Source of the DNA: Guillardia theta CCMP2712 | Taxonomy: Eukaryota > Protista > Cryptophyta | Assembly: GCF_000315625.1 (NCBI RefSeq) | Contig: NW_005434599.1 | Location: 130,846 to 194,845 of the forward strand | Length of the DNA: 64,000 nucleotides | Direction: 5' to 3' | Part shown: positions 50,689-62,520 of the stretch, piece after piece | Position numbering within the stretch: the stretch's first letter is position 1 | Layout of the letters: each line of letters opens with the position of its first letter | The notes under the pieces: model-generated | The model's database searches: none | What the model was told of the DNA's origin: nothing | The model's input: the letters and a program-made list of their open reading frames with translations, nothing else | Program-made: the position numbers and the translations under genes

Positions 50689-51709
50689 CGCCCTCCATCT
50701 GACATCTCCTACTCCCCAGCGGAAAGAAACAAGCGGGAGCAAGGCAAGGTGGAAATTCCAGTACAAGGTCATCGTCCTCGAACTCCTCCCGCTCGCTCTC
50801 CCTCCCGCGCTACTCCTCCTCGGTCGCCTCGGTCGCCTCGGTCGCCTCGGTCGCCTCGGTCGCCTCGGTCGCCTCGGTCGCCTCAGAGTCGGGCTGGAGA
50901 GGAGAACGAGGATCACGGTCCTTACGTCTACGGAAGCTTCGAGGGGAGAGGACAATTCTTCGGGGCGATCGGCTTGTTGGACGGCAAGAGGAGACGCTCA
51001 GGTCCTCCGAATGTTTTCCCTGCCCTCCAGCTCCCATTCCACCTCTCCCCCCCAACTATCGTTTATCTACCCCATTCCTCCTCCTCCTCCTCCTCCTCCT
51101 CTCCTCCCTCTCCCTTTCTTCATACTCACACGTGCCTGATATCCCCAGCGAGCGTGCGTTCAGTCCAGAACTCAATTCTCCTGCATTTGACTCGTCAGGC
51201 GCTGACTTCAATCCTCGACTCCGATCCCTCCTTACGGGTCATCTACCTTGTACGACTACTTCTCCTCCTCCATTGCCTCCACTCCGTCCCCCCTCATGAT
51301 TCAACACACAACCTCTGCCGTCCTCTATGCCTAACCTCCTCTCGATCTGTAGGAGCAGGAGCGCCGGGGCCTCCGATCGTGCGCGAGGGCGAGGTGGAAG
51401 ATGGCATGGAGCAAGCACAAACCTGCCATCCTTGCTGAAGCTGCTACCCTCCCGGACCCTCCCGAGCCCTGGCCCGTCCCGGTAGCCCTTCCTTCCTTCC
51501 CTCCCTCCCCTCTGTCTGACCACTCGACTGTTGAGCTGAATGTCTTGCAGGTGAGCATGCTGCAGGGAGATTCGCAAGAGGACAATGGGGGAAGAGGAGG
51601 GAAGCAGCAGAGCGAGAGGACGGGAGCACAGGAAAAGCAGAGGGGACAAGGAGGAGGAGGAGGAGGAGGAGGAGGAGGAGGAGGATGGAGCGTTATGGAG
51701 ATGGTCTAA
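47008..51709 (+). CDS. Cyclic-nucleotide-gated/KCNH-like ion channel with architecture cNMP-IQ-C2-6TM-C-linker-cNMP
   Basis: cNMP1 GERVFNKGESSDSFMIIASGRV..RKDTATV; IQ AARKIQSYYRGIRARK; C2 TTQTVPRSVNPRF..FEIEVFD; S3 WFWMDSLTSLP; S4 RIVQLLKLLRVFRVR; S5 WLHSLACMWF; pore LHFTLRSIAFLGSPD; cNMP2 GEFVLREGDAVEGMFIIQEG..GQFFGAIGLL..RS|ASVRS. Confidence 0.8.
50821..50884 (+). repeat. 9-bp tandem repeat (CGGTCGCCT)x7 encoding (RSP)n
   Basis: Direct inspection; in frame with the downstream GQFFG motif (ORF 50749-51438). Confidence 0.9.
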
Positions 51710-51787
51710 GAATTAATTGAACATGTCTGTTTCTTATGATCTTCAACAGGATGTGATAAGTTACAACCTCCTTCAGCTCCTCCGTCC

Positions 51788-52809
51788 TCAATGCAGCGAG
51801 GCTCCCGCAAAGTCCCTCCACTGAGAGTCTGTCAAGGGCGAGCGAAGGGGCAGGAGGAGCTCAACGCACCTGATCGAAAAAGAGAGTGACCTCGTAGCTC
51901 GCTGCTTCCGAGCTCCCTGACACGTAGACCTTGCCAGCATGCTTCTCCTCCTGCCCAGCCGGTGAGAGGAAGAGCGGAGAGGAATGACCTTGTCTTGCTT
52001 GCACGATCCTCCTCTCTTGTCTCTCAACTCCTTCCCCTCCCCGACGCTCAGGCTCGACCTCCTGCTCCTCCTGCTCGTTTCTCTTCCTCTCATCTCACCT
52101 GGAGAACTTCGGCGATGTCTCCAGGGGCATCAGCCGACGCCACCTCTACCCCGACGCAGGGCTTGTTGACCAGCTCGTTGAGCTTCGCCGGCTCGCCGGA
52201 CTTGAGCATCAGCTCCTTCGCCTGGGGTGACGTCACCTCCCCCTCCTGCCCAGCTGCCCCCCACCTTGCGCGCGTCAAGCTTCATCTGCTTTGTCTGCAT
52301 GAGGACCTGCTTGCCCTCCATCTTGGCGAGGATAGCGCCTCCTTCTTCCACAGCAGACGGCATGATCAGCACAAACGCTCTCGCCATGCTGGCATAGTCC
52401 TGCTTGCGGTTGCCAGCGGTCAGGGGCACTACCTCCACGTCGCTGTGGGCCTTGTCCTCCTCCTCAGACACGAAGGACCCGAGGGAGGAGAGAGGCTTCA
52501 GCAGGTCGGTCGACTTGACGTCGAACGGAAGGAAGGACCAGTTGCCGTCCTTGGGCGTGAAGTCGTAGATTTCACTCCACTTGTTGTCGAAGACTGAAAG
52601 GTTCGAGGCGGTGAACTGGCGGGCGAGATCCGCGTAGAAGAACCGAAAGCAGCCGAAGCGCATGTTGACTGACTCCTCGACGACGGGGGCGGTGGAGGCG
52701 AAGAGCAGGGTGTCGCAATTCTTGCACTCTCTGGATCGGTACTGCTGGCATGCGAAGATACACTTGCAGTCCTCACAGTTGCGGATGAAGATCTAGAGGC
52801 AGACATCAC

Positions 52810-52862
<53 letters not shown>

Positions 52863-53624
52863 TATTTCAACAACAACAACAACAACATCAACAGTGATTC
52901 GTCTCTTACGCTGCTCTCTGTGGGCCCAACGAAGATTCTGCAGCCCTTGCAGTAGTCAATCTGCACCTGCTCGCACGTTCACGCTAATGACACACACTTC
53001 ATCTTGTAACCTGCGCAAGATGATCGCACACGTAGATGTCACAGTCCTCGCAGTCTTCGATGATAAACATCTGGCCGTTGATGGTGCCAGGCACCTTGAT
53101 GCACGTCTGCTCCCGGCAGTGAGGAGCAAGCAAGAGACTGATCAGGTTGCTACCTGTCCCTTCAGCTTGGAGAACATGTAATCCTTAGGATCAGGCCTCT
53201 TCTTCTTCGGCGGTGCCTTGGCAGCCGTGTCTTGCGCCTGAGCACTTGCATCCTCTACAGGCTTTTGGGGAGCCTCCGCAGGCTTTTTGGGAGCCTCTAC
53301 AGGCTTCTCCTCCTCGACGGGTTTGTCCTCTACTTTTGCTTGTTTTGCTGCCTTGGTGTCGTCGACCTTGTACTGATCACTTCTGTCGCGCTTGTTTCCC
53401 TTGGCGCGAAAGTCAGCAAACAGCGGAGGATTCCAACGAGGAAAGATAGCAGGAAGTCAAGGTTGTGTATCAGAAAGGGTGGGAAGGAGAGGGGGACGGG
53501 GAGTAGTAGGGGACGGGAAGTAGGAGGAGAAGCAAGAGATGGAGGAGGAGGAGGAAGAGAGGAGGAGAGGAGGAGATCTGCGGTCTCAGCATGCCTGGAA
53601 GAGTCGAGCGAGGTAGGCGCCCAT
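51788..53624 (-). CDS. RP2: XRP2/RP2 (TBCC-domain ARL3 GAP)
   Basis: MGAYLARLFQ|GNK.. (Gly2); PDPKDYMFSKLKG, PGTINGQMFIIEDCEDC, CQQYRSREC, PVVEES.NMRFGCF, LSVFDNKWSEIYDFTP. Confidence 0.92.
52809..52887. repeat. (AAC)n microsatellite in an RP2 intron
   Basis: Direct inspection. Confidence 0.95.
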
Positions 53625-53854
53625 CACGATGCCACTGATCAGGAGGAGCGACCAAGCCCGCATTATGGGGAGAGAGCACAGGGGTATGTTCAAATGTTGA
53701 AATATTTTCGAATTTATGACGTCAATAATGAAATATTAATATCATTGTTTCATAATATTATAATTATTTGAGGTTGTTTGGTGAGCTAGGGGTAGGGTAG
53801 TCGAGATTCAAATTGAGGAGGGCAAAATATGAATGAAATTGATGAGAGATGGAG

Positions 53855-53995
53855 ATGAGAGGAGAGGAGATGAGAGGGGAGGAGAGGAGAGGAGAGGAGA
53901 GGAGAGGAGAGGAGAGGAGAGGAGAGGAGAGGAGAGGAGAGGAGAGGAGAGGAGAGGAGAGGAGAGGAGAGCAGAGGAGAGGAGAGGAGAGCAGA
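53855..53995. repeat. (GAGAG)n pentanucleotide microsatellite
   Basis: Direct inspection. Confidence 0.95.
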
Positions 53996-54396
53996 GGCGA
54001 TGAAAGATGAGATGAGGCAATAGAGGATGTCAAGAATATCAAACGAGATTCCAAAGCTGGTGAAGGAATGAACCTGACGCTCTCCCACCATACGACTCAT
54101 TCTACCATGTTCATAGATAAGATTTATGTCAATTAGGGAATGTTTGGATAAGTTTTTTTTTATCTCAATCAGGAATGTTTTTGTTTCGTCGAGAAATTCT
54201 TGATGAGCAGAACGATATGAACCAGTTGGGAGGTAAGTTCAAGATCCACGGTGTGCGGAATGGAATAGATGTGAATGCTTGACGAAGATATGAGCTTGTG
54301 ATCTAGAAACCAGCGCTTGCATTCTTGATTCGGTCAAGAATTTGTTGAATATCATAGCTACGTTGCTTGACTATTGCACTTGATCTTTTCTTGACC

Positions 54397-55775
54397 TCAA
54401 CATGAGCTCTGGCAACCCAACATAATCAGCAATAAAATACTGCAGCAAGCAAGCAGCCCTCTACCAGCCAAGAGTTGAACTCCACAGTCATGCATGGTCT
54501 GACGAATCAGGTCAGATATGGCAGGCGGCTGAGATATGTAGACCCTCACCTGGCAGTGTTGTTGCATCGTACCGTTGAAGTGCTTCTTGGCCGGCTGGGA
54601 CTCCCCGTCTCCCCATCGCTCGATCTTGGGAACGAACTCGGGGCTCTTCGGTCGGAAGATGCTTCCTGCAGGTGAACACGCGCGCCAATGTTGGAATGCT
54701 CCTAGAACACTTGACCTCCTCACCTGTCTTCGCCCATCGATCTCCAAACTCGAGCACGTAGAAGTTGTGCATACGACTTGCGTGAACTCGGTCAGGAGGA
54801 CACGAGTCGCGTTCCAACAAAGAGTTTGAGAAGCAGCAACCTGAAAGGCCTTTCTCTGCTCCCCTCCTTCTGCTTCTGCCTCACCTGGAATCGACAGATT
54901 CACAATCAAGGCAGCAGGAGAGGAGCAGGAAGAGAAGGTGGAGAGGAAGGAGTCTTACCTTCCGCAGCTGTTTGAACCTCTCTTCGAACCTCTCTCCGTC
55001 GACCACAACAAAAGTTCTTCGCAAGAGCTTCAAGTCAGTACACAAGCAGTCGGCTCGAGCTGCCGGACCCAGATGATGAGTTCCACTGCAGCGACGTCCC
55101 TTCCTTCACGAGCTGCTCGACCACCTGCAACTGATTGTCAGTCCTCAGCTTCATCAAGGCTGACTTCACCTTTGGGAGCGGTAACCCCGAAGCTCTGCTG
55201 TCTTCCTGGACCTCCTGCTTCACGCTGGTCTCAAGCTTGTCTTCGCCCTCTTCGAGGATGCACTCTTCGTAGGCTGCGGGCAAACATGCCTTCTGAAGTA
55301 GTGCAGACGAGGAGAGATGGAGTGCACCTAGCAAGGGTCAAGATAAATTCTTTACGACGCATCAAATCGCTCACCACGGTCTTCGTTCTTGTGGGCTTCT
55401 GAGTTCCCTTCCCGCATACTGATCGACGAGACCTTCCAGCCCTCGAGCTCGATTGCGTCCAACCAGTGCACGTGTAGGATGTTCCACAGGTCCAACAAGT
55501 CTAGGCGTGGAGAGTGGGAGAGGTTGAAGCGTCTGGACAACACAAACGTGAGCCACTTGACATTGCGATCACCGATATTACAAGATGCTGACAACAATCG
55601 GCGACTGAATCTGCTTCCTCTCGATCTCGATTTCTTTCTCCAGGAATCGCTTCAGACACTGTGTCGTCGTGGAGGAAAGGAGGTCGAGGGTTCGAGCATC
55701 CACAGGCCCGAAGAAGAGCAGCTCGAGGAGGGAAGGAGGCGAACGAAGCAGCACTCTCAGCGCCGCATGCGGCAT
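54397..55775 (-). CDS. Hypothetical multi-exon protein
   Basis: Chain of short minus-strand coding-like ORFs separated by GT-AG introns; no family recognised. Confidence 0.4.
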
Positions 55776-56594
55776 GACGTCTTCTCTACACCGCGAGCTC
55801 CTTGCTCCCGCACTGCATGGCGTGAAGATGCGTATAAGGTGTATCGCGAGACATCACGCCATTTCTACAAGTCTAGGATGGGTTCGATTGAAAGGGGTAG
55901 GGGTATTCAAAGAAGGGGTATCTCATAATTGTTATTGGATCATACCACTCATGGCACCTATTATACCCTCATTTTGATACTGATTTTAAGGGGTGAAGGA
56001 ATATAATGTACCGGTACTAATTTCAAAAATCATGATGACCTCCGTAGGGGTAGAGAAATGCGGGGTAGGGGTACCCCTTAAGGGTCCCTCTAGTTGCGGG
56101 AGGCAAGTTTGTTGCGTGATAACAGATAAATATCCTAATAAGATATATTGTTCTGTAGCTCACCAAATAATATGTAAATATCTTATATAAGAGATAATCA
56201 GTTTATTTAAAGTTCTGATTTTCCAATTAACACAATTATGTGCTGCCTACTAGGAAAATTATGTACTAATAGTAAATATATTGTCTATATCGAATGAAAA
56301 TGTCTTGATCTAAATACAATATTGATTAGATTTATTGCTTATTTACGCATCAGTCGCATTGCCATGCGGCCGCTGGGAGGCTTATGGCGGCGGGAGGGTT
56401 GGAAGAGAGAGAGGAGGAGGGAGCAGCAGGACCTTCGAGGATAGAAGCTACGAGAAACATACTGGCATGACATGATGATATGAAGAAGCGAAGGCTATGA
56501 ACAGCCATTTCATCGAGGAGGGAAGCAGAATGCTGTCAAGGGGCTGAAGGCTGGTGGCCGCGGGGCTCAGAAAGAGATGATGCCTTGAGTAGAG

Positions 56595-58155
56595 ATGGAG
56601 GGGTTGGAGCGGCTCGAAGGGCTCACTGAACTAGGTGGCCCCTCCTTGTTCGAGGTCGTTGGCGCCGACAGGCTTGCGGCAGCTGCTGCGGCGGCGCTGG
56701 ATCATGTGCTGAGAGTGTGGGGCATCAGAGCGTCAAGAAGGTTCTGGTGGGTGAGGAGCTACCGAGAAGAAGTTATCGGGATCGCTCGGCTGCTCCTAGA
56801 ACGACAGAGCATGGAAGGGCGGAATGCTTCTGCTGGGGAAGGGTTCTTCGGACTCATCCGCGAGGCGGCGGCTGGGGGGGTACCGAGTGCGAGACAGAAG
56901 CGGCTCTCGCTCATTTTCCTTGTCGCCATGCCATACGTGCAGGCCAAGATCGACAGCCTCATTCGTCGTCCTGAAGACGAGGAGCTGGAGGCAGCGCCAT
57001 TGCCTTCGGGCAACTTCGAACCGCCTGTAGAAGGCAGGTTGTGGGCGCAGGCGCTGGGGCAGCCGGCGGGTACTGGAAGCCGAGAGCTGCGAAGGTCTTT
57101 TTGACTCGTAGCAGCAGGAAGTGTCTGGAGGCCTCCAGCCTCCCTTGCATGGACTTGGCTGGATTGGGCGAGAGCAGTATGGCCGTGGGTGCAGGCTCTG
57201 AAGGAAGGATGGGTATGATGCTTTAACAGGATTGGCTAGCAGCTTCATGACTTGAACTGAAGGTGCTGGCGTACCAGATTGGATACCTCTTCAGCAAGAC
57301 TCCGTTCAGCAGGTCAAAATGCTTCAGCTGTCAGTAGACATGAACAGCTTCGCAGCCCTTGGCTTCACCTCCTTGGCTTGAAACTCCGGCGAATGACTTC
57401 AGAAGATTTCATAAGGCTCGAGCAAGTGATTGCCTCGCAATGCTCCTTATGCAGTCTAATCATTGAGTGTACAGATGCTGAGAAGTGCTAGAGCAGCTCA
57501 GTTTGCGTGGGCAGACAAGCATGCAATGTCTCGATACTGAATCCATCTCTGACGTCTCATTGACGCCTTAGCAGGCCCATTCGCCTTGTGCTCCGGGCGC
57601 TTTTCAAGTTTTGGCACTTTGCCAACGACAACTTCAAGGCAAGCAGGCTCAAGGGAGGGAGGATGTGAACTGACATGCTTCCAGCTTCTGCTTCTCTTCC
57701 TTGCATTCGTTGTAAAGCTGGCAGACTGGTGGTACACCAACGAGGAGGTCCGGGACGAGGTTGCGACTCGCCTTTCAATCGTACTCCTGTAACTGGAAGC
57801 TGAGCGCAGACCGCGTACATTCCTCCTCCTCCTGTTCGACCTCCTCCTGCTGAAGATGGGCTCAAACTGCTGAGCAGCCGGGAGCATTGTACCATCTGCA
57901 ATCAAGTTCGCAGGAATCCTGCAGCTTCGACCTCGGTGATCTTGGATCCTCACAGGAAAGTGGTGCTGATGAGGTTTGATAGGGCTACGTTTTCTGCTAT
58001 CCTTGCATTTTCAAGTATGCTGAAGTGAGTGATCATGAAGTTTGCTGCCCCCATCCCCGCGCGCGCTGACCGCAAAGCAGGAGCACGGATGCTGTCCGAT
58101 AACTCGGCTTCCTTGCTCAGTGCAAGAGATCCGGCGGCTCTATGAATCAGCATGA
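56595..58155 (+). CDS. PEX12: Peroxin-12 (Pex2/Pex12 N-domain + C-terminal RING)
   Basis: PSLFEVV, GEGFFGLIR, SLIFLVAMPYVQAKID, YQIGYLFSKTPFS|SPWLHLLG, KLADWWY, IPPPP, CTICNQVRRNPA..GYVFCYPCIFKY..CCPIT..IRRLY. Confidence 0.92.
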
Positions 58156-58358
58156 AGGGAAGAGCAGGACAACGAGTGAGTGTGACATTCTTGTACTGAG
58201 AGTCTCGTCTGGCAATTATACAAGTAGAGTTGAAACATAGGAACGACTCGATGACCTCCCGTGCTGCCACGAGAGGTGGGGCGGCGAAAGAATACAAGGC
58301 TCTGATGGCAGTCTTGCTCCATCATTCGTCACATCTCTGAAGGATCTTCAACATGCCG

Positions 58359-61300
58359 TCATGAAGGGACCCACTTCATCGACAGGCAGTTGCTCATCTA
58401 CAGTCATAGTCAACCCCAACCAGATCAGAAAGGCAACAGCATGCACCTCGTCGTAGGAAAACCCGTCTTCTGGAACCGTCCAGTTCTCCTGCTTCAGCGC
58501 CTCTGTCCATTGATTCTTCACCTTCTCCAGTCGCCTGCCAGCCCTTGAGTGACAAGGAAAGATATCAAATGTGCCTCACTCTCTCGACGAGATGTACTGG
58601 CCGAGCTTCGAGGAGGTCATCCTGACGGCGACCAGCGCCCTCAGCTCTGAGATATCTACACTTGTTGCTCCCTCAATCTTCACATGCCGAGCAAGGATGC
58701 GAGCAACAGCCCCGCCCCTTCCAAAGTTCGTCAGTTGAAACTCCACAAATACGCTGTGTGACTTCACCCTGTACCGTCGGCATCTCCCATGAGCACTCCC
58801 CCTCGCCCGTATCGTAGGTCATAGTCCTGCAGGAATTCTATCTCCACCTGAAAGGCAGGTCAACTCCACCATCAGGCTCTGGGTGCTCTACCTCGCCATC
58901 CGGAAACTTCTGCGTGATTGTCAAACCTCGCGGGACGATGAGGTCTTGCGGTTCTCGTGACGCTGTGAAGGTCAGGTCGGACGTTCGGATGGACCAGGCA
59001 TCTTCACTCCCCCGGTCAGTTCGCTTGTCGCTATGAAGCTTCTCCGCATCCCGTATAATCGAGTTGTCAAGTTCTATCCCATCCTGTGTGGCATCCGCAA
59101 ACATCATTGAGTTGTATTGCTTGCTCGGGAGAAGGCTGTCGTTTGCTAGGGGGCCCTGCGAGGACCCGACGGGGGTGAAAGCTTGCTGATGACTTGAAGC
59201 ATAACTGAAAGGGGCATTCCCTCTTGCATTGGGAGTGCTGTTTACGTTGTTGGACGCCGAATCCTCAGGCGCAAAACTTGATGGGTTGCGCATACCATCC
59301 GATATCTGTACATTATCTCGAGTGCTGGCTTGCAGGTTGTCATTTTCCTTTCCGACAGCCGGCGACTCGGACTGGAAGAGCTGTTTCTCGACGTTGCTGG
59401 ATTCTTTGCGCTCCAGCATCTCACTAAATTTGGTACTCCATGAGCCCGCCGACGGTCTCAGCCTCAGACTTGGTGTGGATGACGAGATTAGCCCTGGACT
59501 TGGGGAGGCCTTTGCAGGCCGGATCTGACCAGAGGGCACAGGGCCACTCAGGCTCAAACTTCCATCGATCCGCGTCGGCCGGATGCTCGTCTTGCCGCGA
59601 GATGCTGAGTTCGACCCAGCAGCTCTAGCCCTGAAGGTTCCTCCAAGGCCAGCGTGAGGTGGCTGCGAAAATGATGAACGCAACGGTGAGTTGTTGCCTG
59701 TATCACTCGAAATCTGAGCATGAGGGTCGGACGAGAAGAGACGAGGAGCTGTTTCCGAGTTTGAAGGCCTCAACTTCAGATTCCCGTATGGATTACTTTG
59801 TACATCTGCCATCCAACTCGTATTTGCTGCTTGAGTTTGCGGCAGCACAACCTGGACAGGAGGAGCCTGGGCCACTTGCATGGTCGGCTGCGCACCAAAG
59901 GGGCTTGCTGGTTGACCAAACATGGATCCACCAGTGGCGGCCCCGAAGCCTCCGAAGCCTGACGATGTTGCCGGTGCTCCAAACCCCCCTCCCGTCGAGG
60001 CTCCAAAGGGAGAGCTCCCGAATGGCGTTGCCTGCGTCTGCCCGAACCCACCGAACCCTGTCGCTGGCTTTGCTGCTGCTCCAAACGCTCCTCCTGTAGA
60101 CGCCCCAAACCCCCCAAACCCTCCCCCAGTCGACGCGCCAAAAGGTGACGAGGTAGCAGGGCTGCCAAACGCGCCTCCTGTTGAGGCTCCAAAGAGGGAG
60201 CCTGATTGTGATTGTCCGAAACCACCGCCGAAGGGTGCAGCTGGCTTGGCACCGAAGGGATTTGCCGCCCCTGTGGAAGCTCCGAAGCCTCCGAAGCCTG
60301 ACGATGTTGCCGGTGCTCCAAACCCCCCTCCCGTCGAGGCTCCAAAGGGAGAGCTCCCGAATGGCGTTGCCTGCGTCTGCCCGAACCCACCGAACCCTGT
60401 CGCTGGCTTTGCTGCTGCTCCAAACGCTCCTCCTGTAGATGCCCCAAACCCCCCAAACCCTCCCCCAGTCGACGCGCCAAAAGGTGACGAGGTAGCAGGG
60501 CTGCCAAACGCGCCTCCTGTTGAGGCTCCAAAGAGGGAGCCTGATTGTGATTGTCCGAAACCACCGCCGAAGGGTGCAGCTGGCTTGGCACCGAAGGGAT
60601 TTGCCGCCCCTGTGGAAGCTCCGAAGCCACCAAATGCTGATCCCGTTGCAGCACCAAAACCACCACCACCGAATGCTGGAGCACTCTGCGTCTGCCCAAA
60701 CCCACCGAAAGCAGCTCCAGTGTTGCCAAAGGGAGTGGATCCGAACGCTGGCGTCGCTTGAGTTTGGCCGAATGGATTCTGTTGCTGAGCAGCTCCGAAG
60801 GTGGAAGTGGCTCCAAACGTCCCCCCTGCGGCGTTGTCTTTCTTCTTGCGGTTCATCATGTAGTCGCCGACACGCAACTCTTCAAAAGAATAATTGGCAT
60901 ATGTGTTCATATGGGTGATAGACATGTAGTTTCCCTGAGTGCTTGCCGATGCTGTTCCGGTACCATCCGGCCCTTTGGTCGCTTCGTAAGGCTGCACAGA
61001 AGTGTTCGGAGTTCCTGGCGGTGCTGCCTGCTGGGCCGTGTTCCCAAACCCTCCAAACCCTGGGGCAGCACCACTGGAGACTCCAAAGGCTGAAGACGAT
61101 GCTCCGAATGTTGGGGCAACCCCGGTGTTCGCTCCGAATCCTCCGCCACCAAAGAAAGAGCCTCCAGTCTGTGCAGGTGCAGTCTGGCCAAAGCCGAAGC
61201 CAGCTTGCGATGGTTGACCGAAGGGGTTCGAAGGATTCGCCGCAGGAGCGCCTGTCAAAGGATCCAAGTCAAGAGGTCGGACAAGGAGAGTGGCACATTC

Positions 61301-61661
61301 TTTCATCCTTACCGAAAGGCGATGATGTTTGTCCGAAGCCAAACCCTGCCGGTTGTGCTGGGTTGGCGCCGAAAGCGCTGCCAGTGCTACCAAAGGAAGA
61401 GAATCCTCCAGTGGAGGGATTCCCACCAAAGGCAGGAGCCGCTGCTTGCGCGCCGAAGGCAGAGGTTGTCTGACCAAAACCAAAGGCAGGGGCAGCGGCT
61501 GGGGCGCCAAACGCTGATGCCTGCGGTTGTCCGAAGCCTCCAAATGCAGGCTGTTGCTGCTGAGCCGGCTGCTGTCCGAAAGCTCCTCCTCCAAAAGCAC
61601 TTCCCATGGTCGACTGAGCATTTTGGCCAAAGGCGCCGCCGCCGCCTCCAAAAAAGCTCAT
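58359..61661 (-). CDS. NUP98: Nup98-like FG-repeat nucleoporin with GLEBS motif
   Basis: Extensive FG/GFG/PFG repeats; GLEBS-like YMSITHMNTYANYSFEELRVGDY; NPYG after the FG region; globular C-terminus without HFS. Confidence 0.85.
59943..60628. repeat. Near-perfect 339-bp tandem duplication within the FG region
   Basis: GACGATGTTGCCGG at 59961 and 60300 (offset 339); one difference noticed (60101 C vs 60440 T). Confidence 0.92.
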
Positions 61662-62437
61662 CGTGGATAAACCTTCCAATTCGATGTCAGAACATACTAG
61701 GATGAAATCACGCGAAAATTATTCAATTCACATTCATGAGGTTTACTTGCTGTCTCAGCAGCGCAGGCAGAAAGAACTAGCAGCCCACGATCGCTACTAG
61801 ACTATCCAATCCCATCATTCCCCATTGGATCCTTACTCCACCTCCCCATGCTTCTCCAGCTGAGCTCCGTTTCGTCTATCCTACCCGCAGATCTCACTGA
61901 CTCACTCACTCTGTTCTTAGTTCTGCACATTCCTTCCCCCCGACCATGCATTTGTTCGCCTCCCTCCCCTCCTCCCCATCCCTTCCCCTGTTCCCAGCCA
62001 TTTATTTCACGCGCGGCAGAATTCACCCAAATCCCCTCTACTACCCCCACCCTACCTTGATCTCGCACTACCCCTGTAGTTTCTTACTCACCCTGTGTAT
62101 TCTATCTATACCCCTCCTTTTTACTTATAATACCCCACTTATCTTGGGAAGAATTCCCACAAAAAGTCTCAAATAGTTATTCACAGTACCCCCTACCCAT
62201 CAATTCACAACCACTACCCATGCCATTTCACCAAGCTTGGGGGGTCATCAAGTGAAAGAATCGCCGGACAGCAGCAACATTCCCCGGACTACTCAGTGAC
62301 CGGCCCGGGGGCACCGGCCTGGGCCGGGAGGGTTTAGATTAGCTTTTAGGTTTAGATTGGCCGACGGAAATAGAAGGAAAATGATGGCGGACTCGGAAGT
62401 AGTTGTGGTGAGGAAGAAGACGAACAGGTGAGCATTG

Positions 62438-62520
62438 CGATGGAGATGGAGATGGAGATGGAGATGGAGATGGAGATGGAGATGATGATGATGATGATGA
62501 TGATGATGAGGAGGAGGAGG
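62438..62520. repeat. (GATGGA)n-(GAT)n-(GAG)n compound microsatellite
   Basis: Direct inspection. Confidence 0.9.

Noticed and set aside
59776-60816. Long alternative-frame and antisense ORFs over Nup98 (also over MAPKK, TRAP and the channel gene)
   Set aside because: Shadow ORFs caused by repetitive, GC-biased codon usage.
28859-61661. Functional cluster of protein-trafficking genes (Derlin, TRAP, CSE1, RP2, PEX12, Nup98)
   Set aside because: Different compartments, interspersed with unrelated genes; compatible with chance among housekeeping genes.
62330-62360. TTTAGG/TTTAGA telomere-like words (also near 14850 and 15190 on the other strand)
   Set aside because: Only 2-3 degenerate units; not an interstitial telomere array.
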